From Chlamydiota bacterium (GTDB taxonomy: Bacteria > Auribacterota > UBA3054 > B51-G9), in the NCBI GenBank assembly GCA_003648225.1, contig QMOL01000001.1, positions 1 through 36,611 on the forward strand: DNA of 36,611 bases, written 5' to 3'. The notes under the pieces were generated by a model that was not told the DNA's origin, searched no databases, and worked only from the letters and a program-made list of their open reading frames with translations. Position numbers and translations under genes: made by a program. Below, in pieces: positions 8,394 to 17,295 of the stretch (the stretch's first letter is position 1; the number at the start of each line of letters is the position of its first letter).

Positions 8394-8774
8394 ATGAAAG
8401 TTATTTACCTGATAATTATTTTATTGTTTGCCGGTTGTGTATCATTCAACAAAAAAACGGCAGTCGATGAACAGGTCTTCATTGCCGTTCGTGATGCGGT
8501 TGATAATATCCAGTATCAACGAACTGTTTCCGGATTTGAATATTCTGTAACACCGTATAAAGGCGAGATAAAAACAGAATGGTTTCGAACGCATAAAGGC
8601 GAAGTTAAATTAAGGGTAACGTGTAAAGTAGAAGGAACAAACTACTATGTTACTGTTATCCAAAGAGGATTTTTCCGTAATTCCGAGAATACATATTCGG
8701 CTAAAATATTTAAAGAGAAATTAATAAAAGAAATTAAAAATAATTTATCAACGGTAAAGGAAAATGAAAAGTAA
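8394..8774 (+). CDS. small lipoprotein (unknown function)
   Basis: 126 aa with lipobox LLFAGC at residues 11-16. It is first in a tightly spaced + strand cluster with creD. Confidence 0.7.
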   Translation: MKVIYLIIILLFAGCVSFNKKTAVDEQVFIAVRDAVDNIQYQRTVSGFEYSVTPYKGEIKTEWFRTHKGEVKLRVTCKVEGTNYYVTVIQRGFFRNSENTYSAKIFKEKLIKEIKNNLSTVKENEK

Positions 8775-8780
8775 AAAGCC

Positions 8781-10112
8781 ATGAAAACGCAGGCAACAAT
8801 TAAAAGAGCAGGTGATTTTATTCGAAACTCCGCAACACTAAAAATTTTCTCAATAGGATTATTTGTCATGATCCTTTTGGTTCCGGCATCAATGGTTTCC
8901 TCTTTAATGCGTGAAAGAAAGTTGCGAAGAGATTCTGTTGTTCAGGAAATAAATCACAAATGGGGAAATAGTCAAACCATTACATGTCCGTTTTTTACAG
9001 TTCCATATAAATCATTTTACAGGGACAAAAATGATAAGTTAAAATTCAATATTCATTATTTGCATGTTCTGCCTGAAAAGCTTACTGTTTCCGGGCAGAT
9101 AAATCCGGAAATCAGATATAGAAGCATTTATGAAGCTGTTTTATATAACGTTAAACTCAACATAAATGGTAATTTCATTTTGCCTGAACTTAACCAGTCA
9201 AATATCGACCCGGAAAATGTTCTTTGGGATAAAGCAATATTTTCCATTGGTATTACCGATATGAGAGGAATTCAAGATAATATATGTGTCCTTTTTAACG
9301 GGAAAAAATATGATGTAAGTCCGGGATTAAAAACAACCGACCTCGCTTCCGCGGGTTTACATTGTGTCATTCCTTTGTCTTCAGCCAAAGGAGAAAATTT
9401 ATTTTCATTCCGGCTTAACCTTAACGGCAGCGAAAACATTCAATTTATTCCTATTGGCAAAACAACTGATGTCAGTTTAAAATCAAGCTGGGCTTCTCCA
9501 AGTTTTAACGGTTCATTCCTACCTGTTACAAGAAAAATAAGCAGTGCCGGATTTACAGCCGAATGGAACATTTTACATTTGAACAGGAATTTTCCACAAT
9601 TTTGGTTGGACAATCAATATAAGATAACTGATTCTTCTTTTGGTTTAAAATTACTGATCACAACCAACATATATCAAAAATCTATCAGGATATCAAAATA
9701 TGCGTTAATATTTATTATTTTCACATTTGCAGCTTTTTTCTTCTCAGAAATTATCAGTAAAAAAAGAGTTCATCCTATTCAGTACATTTTAATCGGATTA
9801 GCTATTCTTTTATTTTATATTCTTCTTCTTTCAATTTCTGAACATTTGAATTTTGATATTGCTTATATTTTATCAGCTTTAGTTACAACTATTTTAATTA
9901 CCGGTTACTCAAAAGGCATTCTTAAAAACAATCGTTTCACACTCGCTGTTTTTGGAATTCTGATTGTTCTATACTCATACTTATATGTTGTTCTCCAACT
10001 TGAAGATTATGCCTTAATTATGGGCAGTATCGGTCTGCTGTTTGTATTAAGCACAGTAATGTACATAACGAGGAAAATAGACTGGTATTCTTTGGAGAAA
10101 AAGGGGGAATAA
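8781..10112 (+). CDS. creD: inner membrane protein CreD family
   Basis: 443 aa. N-terminal TM followed by SSLMRERKLRRDSVVQEINHKWGNSQTITCPFFTVPY and a large periplasmic region. C-terminal cluster of TM helices. This architecture and N-terminal motif are typical of CreD. Confidence 0.8.
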   Translation: MKTQATIKRAGDFIRNSATLKIFSIGLFVMILLVPASMVSSLMRERKLRRDSVVQEINHKWGNSQTITCPFFTVPYKSFYRDKNDKLKFNIHYLHVLPEKLTVSGQINPEIRYRSIYEAVLYNVKLNINGNFILPELNQSNIDPENVLWDKAIFSIGITDMRGIQDNICVLFNGKKYDVSPGLKTTDLASAGLHCVIPLSSAKGENLFSFRLNLNGSENIQFIPIGKTTDVSLKSSWASPSFNGSFLPVTRKISSAGFTAEWNILHLNRNFPQFWLDNQYKITDSSFGLKLLITTNIYQKSIRISKYALIFIIFTFAAFFFSEIISKKRVHPIQYILIGLAILLFYILLLSISEHLNFDIAYILSALVTTILITGYSKGILKNNRFTLAVFGILIVLYSYLYVVLQLEDYALIMGSIGLLFVLSTVMYITRKIDWYSLEKKGE

Positions 10113-10124
10113 TTTATCAAAACA

Positions 10125-10607
10125 ATGTATTATTTATATTTAATAACCGGATTGGCACTATTACTTTCTGTCATTACAGACAGAAAAAAGACAACTGCCG
10201 CTATAAAAATTTCCTACAAAAAATTCGTTAATATTTTACCGGCATTTTTAATTATGCTCATTTTTGTTTCTCTTGTTCTATTCTTTGTTCCAGATAAAAT
10301 GATCTCAAATTATTTGGGAAATAATGATAAAATTACCGGTATCGCTTTAGCTTCGCTTTTCGGTTCAATAACTTTAATGCCGGGATTTATTGCTTATCCG
10401 CTGTGCGGTATTTTGTTGGAAAAAGGCGTTAGTTATATGGTCCTGGCAGCTTTCTCCACTACTTTAATGATGGTTGGTATTCTTACATATCCAATAGAAA
10501 AAGAATATTTCGGGATTAAAGTTACTATTATAAGAAATGTAATCAGTTTGGTTATCGCGCTTATTATCGCATTAGCAATCGGCATTTTCTACGGTGAATT
10601 ATTATGA
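10125..10607 (+). CDS. permease half-protein (DUF318/ArsP_1-like predicted permease, subunit 1)
   Basis: 160 aa polytopic membrane protein. GSITLMPGFIAYPLCGILLEKGVSYMVLAAFSTTLMMVG resembles the predicted-permease repeat. Its stop overlaps the next start (ATGA at 10604-10607). Confidence 0.55.
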   Translation: MYYLYLITGLALLLSVITDRKKTTAAIKISYKKFVNILPAFLIMLIFVSLVLFFVPDKMISNYLGNNDKITGIALASLFGSITLMPGFIAYPLCGILLEKGVSYMVLAAFSTTLMMVGILTYPIEKEYFGIKVTIIRNVISLVIALIIALAIGIFYGELL

Positions 10608-11137
10608 AGATGCAAAACAAGTATATTAAAATATTCTTAATAGGAATTTATTTCGCTTTTGTTCTATGCTCTTTTATGTTCGGATTTGAACAAGGAAAAC
10701 AAATAGGTCATAACTTCATTTCCTTTTCCATTGGAATGTTGAAAATTTTGCCCTGCGCGTTTATTCTAATCGGTTTGTTTGAAGTATGGGTGAAAAAGGA
10801 AAAAGTCGAAAAACATTTGGGAAAAGATTCCGGCATTGCAGGCTACATCTGGATTATTCTTCTTGCCGGAACCACTGTTGGAGGATTGTATGTAGCTTTC
10901 CCCGTTGCCTCCTCCTTATTTAAAAAAGGCGCGAAACTTTCTATTATTTTTACATACATTGGCGCAGCCGCGATTTGCCGAATTCCGATGACAATTTTTG
11001 AAGCGTCATTTTTAGGTATAAAATTCAGTTTGATAAGATTGATTATTTCTATACCGTTAGTGATTTTAAGCTCCGTATTGCTCGGGAAATATTTAGAAAA
11101 AAATAATTACAAAATTGTAACACAAAATCAATCATAA
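10604..11137 (+). CDS. permease half-protein (subunit 2 of the split permease)
   Basis: 177 aa polytopic membrane protein with the same repeat logic (AGTTVGGLYVAFPVASSLFKKGAKLSIIFTYIGAAAICRIP). Translationally coupled to 10125-10607. Confidence 0.55.
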   Translation: MKMQNKYIKIFLIGIYFAFVLCSFMFGFEQGKQIGHNFISFSIGMLKILPCAFILIGLFEVWVKKEKVEKHLGKDSGIAGYIWIILLAGTTVGGLYVAFPVASSLFKKGAKLSIIFTYIGAAAICRIPMTIFEASFLGIKFSLIRLIISIPLVILSSVLLGKYLEKNNYKIVTQNQS

Positions 11138-11162
11138 CGCATAATCTTTCAAGAAAACCTAT

Positions 11163-13898
11163 ATGAAGAAACTTTTATTGATAATCGGATTTGTCACAAT
11201 TTTGCTTACCGGATGTACTGCGGTTAATTCAGATTCAACCGTTTCGAAAAGCGAAATAAAATCTAAAATAATTCCAGAAAAATCCAATTGGGATGAAACC
11301 GCTTCGGTAGGCATTAAATCCAATCGCATTATTCTTCCAAACAGTCAAACTCTAACTCCGGCCGGAAAAACAACTGAGCTTCCCGGCATGCGGCCGGTCA
11401 CTGTATCGATTTCGCCTGATGGAAAGCTTTTAGCAACATCAGGTAAAACAAGTAAATTGTTGATTTTCAATCTTCCCGCAACCAATGCGCCGCATTTCAT
11501 CTCACTTCCGGGCGAAGAAGATTTGGTTGAAAGAATGGAAACACATGAGATAAATCCTGATAAAAGCGGGCAGATAAGTTATACGGGACTTGTTTTTTCT
11601 CCCGACGGGAAGCGAATTTATCTCAGTAATGTCAATGGAAGTATTAAAGTTTTTTCCGTAGCGGTAAACGGTATTGTCCGCCCGGCCGGAACATGGAAAT
11701 TACCGGGAAAAGCCGCTCCGGAACGAAACAACGAAATCCCCGCCGGATTAGCTGTTTCGGCTGATGGAAAACGTCTTTATGTCTGCGGGAGTTTATCTAA
11801 TAAACTTCTTGAACTCGATACCGCAACCGGCAAAGTTTTGCGCAGTATTCCGGTAGGCATGATTCCTTTTCAGGTAAAAGTTCAAAACGGCATCGCTTAT
11901 GTCAGTAATCGCGCGGGACGGAGACCAAACAAAAATGACGCAACCGAAACTTCAGGGCGGGGAGTTAATGTGCGGGTTACCGGTCCGCTTTCTCTTGTTG
12001 CTCCCGGAACTGTAAGTGTTATTGATTTAAAGACGGGGAATTCTCTTGCTGAGATTGAAGTTGGGCAACAGCCCGGCGCGATGATATTTTCACCGGATAA
12101 GAATTATCTTATTGTTGCTAATGCTGATGACGATACACTCAGCGTTATTGATATTCAAAGTTTGAAAGTTATCGAAACTCCATCTGTTCGTTGGAAAGCA
12201 GATGATCCGTTTGGAGCATCGCCTACAGCTTTAACCTTCATCGGCGACTCCACACTTGCCGTTTGTCTGGGCACGCAAAATACGTTAGCTATTTTTAATT
12301 TTATTCCCGGGAAAACAACTTTATCGGGAATGATTCCAACCGCTTGGTTTCCTTCCGGAGTTGTTTATGATGCTAAGCGCCGCACAATTCATATTTCAAA
12401 TATGAAAGGTTTCGGTTCCGGAGCGAATCTTATAAAAGAAGGTAAAAAATCTAATTCCCGTATATATTTTGGAACCATCTCACATATTCCTTTGCCAAAC
12501 CTTGACGACGAAGATGAACTTGAAGAATTAACCGAGCAAGTACTTGACAATTACCGCATAGATGTGGTTCGGAGAGCTTTACTGCCCCCCCGTTCAAATC
12601 GAAAAGCCGTTCCTGTTCCTGAGCGGTCAGGTGAGCCGAGTGTTTTTAAACATGTCATATATATTATCCGTGAAAACCGGACTTACGACCAAGTGTTAGG
12701 AGATATAACTGAAGGCGAAGGCGATAAAACTCTCTGTATTTTCGGTGAAAAATTAACGCCTAATATTCATAAGATGGTGCGGGACTTTGTTCTTTTAGAT
12801 AATATCTATTGCTCAGGTATTTTGAGCGCCGATGGGCATAACTGGTGTCTTTCGGCCTTTGCTAACGATTATCTTGAACGCAGTTTCGCAGGCTGGCCAA
12901 GAGCTTATCCGGACAGTTTGGGCAAAAATGATATTGATGTAATGGCTTGGTCACCACAAGGATTTCTTTGGAGCGCGGCAGCAAAAGCCGGGCAGTCAGT
13001 TCGTGTTTACGGTGAAATGTGTCTTGGCAGTACAATGTTTACCGACCCTAAAAAAAAGGGGAAGCCATCTTTCACCGATTTTTATCTTGACCGCGTTAAC
13101 GGGACAAAGTTGTGTACTTTCAAAGTAAAACCTGCTCATAAATCAGTAGCCCCGTTTCTCGCGACAAATTATCCCGCATGGGCAGCAAGCATTCCCGACC
13201 AAACCCGTGCGGATATTTTTATTAATCACCTTAAAGCTTGCGAACGTGGTGAAGCGGAATTTGAAAATCTTCATATTCTTTCAGTTCATAACAATCATAC
13301 GTCAGGAACTCTTGCCGGTTATCCCACTCCGGCTGCGGCTGTCGCCGATAACGACCTTGCTCTCGGTCGTATTATCGAAGCCGTCAGTAAAAGTTCTTTT
13401 TGGAAGGACACTTGTATTTTCAGTATTGAGGATGACCCTCAGGCAGGGTGGGACCATATCAGCGGATTTCGCACTGACTGCCAGGTTGTCAGTCCCTACA
13501 CCAAGCGCAAAAAAGTGATTTCGAGTCATTTCAACCAGCCGGGTTTAATTCGCACTATTGGTTTAATTCTTGGTTTTCCACCTTTAAATCAGATGGATGC
13601 CGGTTCCACACCGCTGCGTGATTGTTTCACGGACATTCCTGATTTTACGCCCTATCTGGCTGTTTCAAATCAAGTTCCTCTTAATCAAATTAACCCGTCT
13701 GCTACTGCACTAACGGATCCTAAAATGAAGAGTTATGCAGAAATTTCTGAAACAATGCCTTTCGATCGAGTCGATGCCTGTAATGAAGATTTACTCAACC
13801 ATATTCTCTGGTTTGCCATGAAAGGTTCACAGTCCACTTATCCAAAATGGGCAGTTATTCCTGTTGAATTACGAGGAATAGATGATGACGATGATTAA
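11163..13898 (+). CDS. lipoprotein fusing an N-terminal beta-propeller (YncE/YVTN-like repeats) to a C-terminal phosphoesterase (PlcN/AcpA family) domain
   Basis: 911 aa with lipobox LLTGC. Repeated SPDGK(L/R)... / ADGKRLYV... / SPDKNYLIVAN propeller blades. Phosphoesterase signature FKHVIYIIRENRTYDQVLGD and a later EDDPQAGWDHISGFR. Confidence 0.8.
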   Translation: MKKLLLIIGFVTILLTGCTAVNSDSTVSKSEIKSKIIPEKSNWDETASVGIKSNRIILPNSQTLTPAGKTTELPGMRPVTVSISPDGKLLATSGKTSKLLIFNLPATNAPHFISLPGEEDLVERMETHEINPDKSGQISYTGLVFSPDGKRIYLSNVNGSIKVFSVAVNGIVRPAGTWKLPGKAAPERNNEIPAGLAVSADGKRLYVCGSLSNKLLELDTATGKVLRSIPVGMIPFQVKVQNGIAYVSNRAGRRPNKNDATETSGRGVNVRVTGPLSLVAPGTVSVIDLKTGNSLAEIEVGQQPGAMIFSPDKNYLIVANADDDTLSVIDIQSLKVIETPSVRWKADDPFGASPTALTFIGDSTLAVCLGTQNTLAIFNFIPGKTTLSGMIPTAWFPSGVVYDAKRRTIHISNMKGFGSGANLIKEGKKSNSRIYFGTISHIPLPNLDDEDELEELTEQVLDNYRIDVVRRALLPPRSNRKAVPVPERSGEPSVFKHVIYIIRENRTYDQVLGDITEGEGDKTLCIFGEKLTPNIHKMVRDFVLLDNIYCSGILSADGHNWCLSAFANDYLERSFAGWPRAYPDSLGKNDIDVMAWSPQGFLWSAAAKAGQSVRVYGEMCLGSTMFTDPKKKGKPSFTDFYLDRVNGTKLCTFKVKPAHKSVAPFLATNYPAWAASIPDQTRADIFINHLKACERGEAEFENLHILSVHNNHTSGTLAGYPTPAAAVADNDLALGRIIEAVSKSSFWKDTCIFSIEDDPQAGWDHISGFRTDCQVVSPYTKRKKVISSHFNQPGLIRTIGLILGFPPLNQMDAGSTPLRDCFTDIPDFTPYLAVSNQVPLNQINPSATALTDPKMKSYAEISETMPFDRVDACNEDLLNHILWFAMKGSQSTYPKWAVIPVELRGIDDDDD

Positions 13899-13956
13899 AA
13901 TAAAAGTATAATTTTTCCAAGTGATAAATTTATAAAAAAACTAAGGAGAAGAAATA

Positions 13957-14619
13957 ATGAAATTACGTTGTTTGTCAATTTTACTCTGTTTACTATTTTT
14001 CCCTGCCAAAATCAATGCAAAAAAAATTGTTTTGAAAAATTATATTATTGTGGTTGCATTAGAATCAGAAACCTCCTGTTCCGATTTGAATAAATTCGCT
14101 CCTGTTGTTTATACGGGAATGGGAAAGGTCAATGCCGCAATTAAACTTTATGATGCTATTTTACTTTACCATCCTGATTTAGTTATTAATTACGGTACCG
14201 CCGGGGCAATAAACAATAGTAATGGACTTTTCCATATTGATACTTTCATACAAAGGGATATGGATGCACGGGCATTAGGCGTTCCGCGTGGTGTTACGCC
14301 ATTTTCGAATCAAGAGTTACCACTCGCTAAAGGTATTGTTTTAGGAACCGGAGACTCTTTTGTAACAAATCAAAAAAAACAATTGGAAGGCCTTGATATT
14401 CAACTCAATCTGGTAGATATGGAAGGATTCGCTTTGATGAAAGTTTGCAAACATCATGGAATTGAATTTCAATGTTATAAATTTGTTACTGATGTTTCAG
14501 ATTCTGCTGCTTCATCTAAATGGAAGAAAAGCATTTCAAGCGGAATAGAAGTGTTTAAAAAAATGCTGTGTGAAAAATATGGCATTTCTAAATTAACTAA
14601 ATTGATAGTTCAAAGGTAA
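13957..14619 (+). CDS. MTA/SAH nucleosidase-family (PNP_UDP_1) protein with an N-terminal signal-like peptide
   Basis: 220 aa. YTGMGKVNAAIKL...VINYGTAGAI...GTGDSFV...VDMEGFALMKVC...FVTDVSD matches nucleosidase motifs. N-terminus MKLRCLSILLCLLFFPAKINA. Strong SD AAGGAG (13943-13948) 8 nt before this ATG supports the long form. Confidence 0.75.
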   Translation: MKLRCLSILLCLLFFPAKINAKKIVLKNYIIVVALESETSCSDLNKFAPVVYTGMGKVNAAIKLYDAILLYHPDLVINYGTAGAINNSNGLFHIDTFIQRDMDARALGVPRGVTPFSNQELPLAKGIVLGTGDSFVTNQKKQLEGLDIQLNLVDMEGFALMKVCKHHGIEFQCYKFVTDVSDSAASSKWKKSISSGIEVFKKMLCEKYGISKLTKLIVQR

Positions 14620-14653
14620 AAGACAACTAAATAAATTCAAAACAAAGGAAAAA

Positions 14654-15307
14654 ATGAAAATTAAAAACGGAAATTCACTTCTCTTTATAGGGGATTCTAT
14701 AACAGATTGCGGGCGCGCGCGACCGGTTGGTACCGGAATAGGATTGGGAGAAAGTTATGTTGCTTTTGTTAATAGCCTTCTTACAGCATTCTATCCCGCG
14801 CGCGAAATAACAGTTTTAAATACCGGAATAAGCGGGAACAGAGTTATCGACCTCGAAGCGCGCTGGCAGACGGATGTATTGGATTTAGCACCCGACTGGC
14901 TCTCGGTAATGATTGGAATCAACGATGTTTGGCGGCAATTCGATGACTATCTTAACCCTAATCAAGTTACAATTAGCATTTATGAAAGTATTTATCGTAA
15001 TATCTTGGAACAGACGCGTCGAAACTTAAAAGGTCTTGTACTAATGACACCCTATTACATCGAAACGAATTTGTCTGACCCAATGCGCGAACGCATGGAT
15101 AAATATGGAAAGGTAGTTGAAAAACTCGCTCATGAGTTTGATGCAATTTTTGTCAATGTGCAAACCGCATTTGACTTTCATCTTACTCATCGGCCAACGC
15201 AGTCGTTGTGTAGCGATCGTGTTCATCCCAACCAAACAGGTCACATGATTATAGCCAAATCTTTTCTGACGGCTGTAGGATTTGACTGGAATTTGGCTTT
15301 AGATTGA
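14654..15307 (+). CDS. SGNH/GDSL-family hydrolase
   Basis: 217 aa. Block I LLFIGDSITD, block II GISGNR, block III GINDV, block V DRVHPNQTGH. Confidence 0.85.
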   Translation: MKIKNGNSLLFIGDSITDCGRARPVGTGIGLGESYVAFVNSLLTAFYPAREITVLNTGISGNRVIDLEARWQTDVLDLAPDWLSVMIGINDVWRQFDDYLNPNQVTISIYESIYRNILEQTRRNLKGLVLMTPYYIETNLSDPMRERMDKYGKVVEKLAHEFDAIFVNVQTAFDFHLTHRPTQSLCSDRVHPNQTGHMIIAKSFLTAVGFDWNLALD

Positions 15308-15312
15308 TGCTT

Positions 15313-15326
15313 GTTTTTGGTATAAT
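15313..15326 (+). promoter_or_regulatory. extended -10 promoter element (TTTTTGGTATAAT)
   Basis: TGG TATAAT at 15318-15326 preceded by a T-run. It lies downstream of the SGNH stop and 160 nt upstream of the PEP-CTERM gene. The same motif recurs upstream of other genes in this window. Confidence 0.45.
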
Positions 15327-15486
15327 AAGTAAATGTTATCAACAACTTAACAATATAAAAAATCTGGGATGAATTAATTGTTGAACAAACTTTTATACTT
15401 TTTGAGTTTAAAACCGCACGACTCGGCTGTAAGACCTCATTAGGAAAAGTTGACGCACATTTGGACACACAATTAAAAGCATAATA

Positions 15487-16041
15487 ATGAGAATAAAAAT
15501 GAAAACTATATTAATCCTTATTGCAATATTTGCACTCGGTTTCTCAAACATTAGTTCGGCTAATCTTGTTTCTGTAATCAGTACAAATAACGGCAGCGGA
15601 CTTTTTACTTACAAAATCAGCGCGGGCATTGATCCGTATTTTTTCGGTGGAAATACAAACTTTCTGAAAATTATCATTCCTTCCGTTGCCGTTGTTTCTA
15701 CAATTGACCCGCCTGGCTGGATTTCTACAATTAATATTGATGATACTATAACGTGGGAATGTACAAATCCTGTTTTAAATTATGTTGATTATGATTTAGT
15801 TGATTTTTCATTACAAAGTTCAATATTGATCGCCACAAATTATCCGATTAACAAAACGGGTCTCGTTCAGGGAGAAATTTATAATACCAATCACTCTATT
15901 TATAGTTCTGTTCCGACAAATACAATGGTTTCCGTTAACACGGTTGGGTTTGAATATTTTGAGATCGAGGGTCCGGCGATACCTGAGCCTTACATTATTA
16001 TATTATTTTTCCCTTTATTGATTATGATTATACGGAGGTGA
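15487..16041 (+). CDS. PEP-CTERM sorting-domain exported protein
   Basis: 184 aa with signal peptide (MKTILILIAIFALGFSNISSA). C-terminus GPAIPEPYIIILFFPLLIMIIRR consists of a PEP motif, a TM helix and a basic tail. The start could be ATG 15499 instead. Confidence 0.8.
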   Translation: MRIKMKTILILIAIFALGFSNISSANLVSVISTNNGSGLFTYKISAGIDPYFFGGNTNFLKIIIPSVAVVSTIDPPGWISTINIDDTITWECTNPVLNYVDYDLVDFSLQSSILIATNYPINKTGLVQGEIYNTNHSIYSSVPTNTMVSVNTVGFEYFEIEGPAIPEPYIIILFFPLLIMIIRR

Positions 16042-16085
16042 TATGTCTCAATGAATTTTTTATGGGAAAAAAATTAGAAAATAAG

Positions 16086-16116
16086 AAGCCGCACTTAAAA
16101 GTGCGGCTTACTTTTG
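16086..16116. terminator. bidirectional hairpin terminator between convergent genes
   Basis: Stem AAGCCGCAC (16086-16094) / GTGCGGCTT (16101-16109) with a 6-nt loop, followed by ACTTTTG. A-rich 5' flank. Confidence 0.65.
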
Positions 16117-16141
16117 CAAAATTCGATTTTTTAAGTAATCT

Positions 16142-16693
16142 TTATTTCATCGCTTTAATTACTGACTTAACTTTATTTTTTGCGATTTTTTTAGTTTCAG
16201 TCTTTTTAACTTTTTTCTCTGTTCTATCTCTCAGAGCCTTTTCCACAACCTGATCAAGTCCACCCACAGGATGTCCTTCCCAAATTATTTTACCATCAAC
16301 AATAACAAAAGCGTTAGGAATGCTGCGAATAGCATATTTTTGACTCGAAGTACTTCCTGTACCAACGATATAATTCATTTTCATTTTTTTGACAAACTTA
16401 TCAATTTCAGTTGATTTTTTTTCGTTTGTCAGGCCAATAACAATCAATCCTTCGTCTTTGTTTTTATTATAAAGCTTTACAAGATGAGGGATTGCCTTAC
16501 GGCACGGCGGGCACCATGTTGCCCAGAATTCAACAACTACAACTTTATTTTTGAATTGTTCAAGTGAGACGTTTTCACCTGCGTTAATCCAATTTTTAGC
16601 ATTAATTTCCGGCGCATCACTACCAACAAGGCCAGCGAAAGAATTTCCAACAAAAATCAAACTAATAATTAAGGATGCGATAATTTTCTTCAT
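16142..16693 (-). CDS. exported TlpA/thioredoxin-like thiol-disulfide oxidoreductase with a Lys-rich C-terminal tail
   Basis: 183 aa with a signal peptide. VVVEFWATWCPPCRKAIPHL active site. About 30-aa tail RDRTEKKVKKTETKKIAKNKVKSVIKAMK. SD GGAG upstream. Confidence 0.85.
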   Translation of the reverse strand: MKKIIASLIISLIFVGNSFAGLVGSDAPEINAKNWINAGENVSLEQFKNKVVVVEFWATWCPPCRKAIPHLVKLYNKNKDEGLIVIGLTNEKKSTEIDKFVKKMKMNYIVGTGSTSSQKYAIRSIPNAFVIVDGKIIWEGHPVGGLDQVVEKALRDRTEKKVKKTETKKIAKNKVKSVIKAMK

Positions 16694-16728
16694 TTTTTTA
16701 CTCCATTTTTGAGTTTTGAGTTAAACCG

Positions 16729-16757
16729 ATTATATCGGCATTTATTTTGAGCATCAA
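16729..16757 (-). promoter_or_regulatory. sigma-70-type promoter for the TlpA-like gene
   Basis: Minus strand: TTGATG (16752-16757), a 17-nt spacer, then TATAAT (16729-16734). It lies about 36 nt upstream of the ATG at 16693. Confidence 0.6.
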
Positions 16758-17220
16758 TTTTTTGACGAGTACAAATCAAATTTATTCATTATTATATCAA
16801 TTTAAGCAATAAAATAAAAGCAGGCATGAATATTTTAACGCAAAATATTTATTTAATCACGGATATTCAATATTCTATACTTTCAGTGATTAAATTAAAA
16901 ATTGAAAAAATAATGAACGATTGAACTGAGCAGCGGCACCAAAAACAGGTAGTCAAGCCGTCTGCTCCAATGATCTTGTTATTTGTTAAAATTAATATCT
17001 TTGACACGAATTTACACGAATTTATTTATTTGAAAATTGGATATTCCTGCTGTAAGTTCGCCTTTGGAGGATTCGATATTGGATATTTAATTTTTTTTAC
17101 TTTCCAAACGTTACTTCGGAAATAACGATATAAGTATACGACTTATTATTTAAATAATAGTAATATAATAACCATAAGATTACTTTTTGTCAAATTGAAC
17201 CCTCTATTCTGCTTGGGTAT

Positions 17221-17295
17221 ATAATCGGTGCCTGATAATCGGTGCCTGACCCCCTAGTGGTCAAGTGTAGACTTGACAACTTGGCGCCTGACCCC
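17221..17295. repeat. perfect 14-nt tandem duplication plus 13-nt direct repeats flanking a hairpin
   Basis: ATAATCGGTGCCTG occurs at 17221-17234 and 17235-17248. GGTGCCTGACCCC at 17241-17253 matches GGCGCCTGACCCC at 17283-17295, 42 nt apart. Between them is a 7-bp hairpin GTCAAGT/ACTTGAC (17260-17277) with a GTAG loop. Confidence 0.8.

Noticed and set aside
12585-12591. C7 homopolymer inside the phosphoesterase gene as a possible phase-variation tract
   Set aside because: It simply encodes Pro-Pro-Arg (CCC CCC CGT) in a conserved-length region. Seven bases is short for slippage-based switching, and there is no evidence of frameshifted alternative ORFs.
16038-16253. 71-aa plus-strand ORF after the PEP-CTERM gene
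   Set aside because: It crosses the bidirectional terminator and runs antisense into the TlpA-like gene 3' end. Its Phe/Leu-rich composition comes from the antisense Lys codons.
17066-17075. GGAGGATTCG is the exact reverse complement of CGAATCCTCC at 27118-27127
   Set aside because: A single 10-mer match between two sites in a 36-kb window on two strands is expected many times by chance. There is no extended similarity around it.
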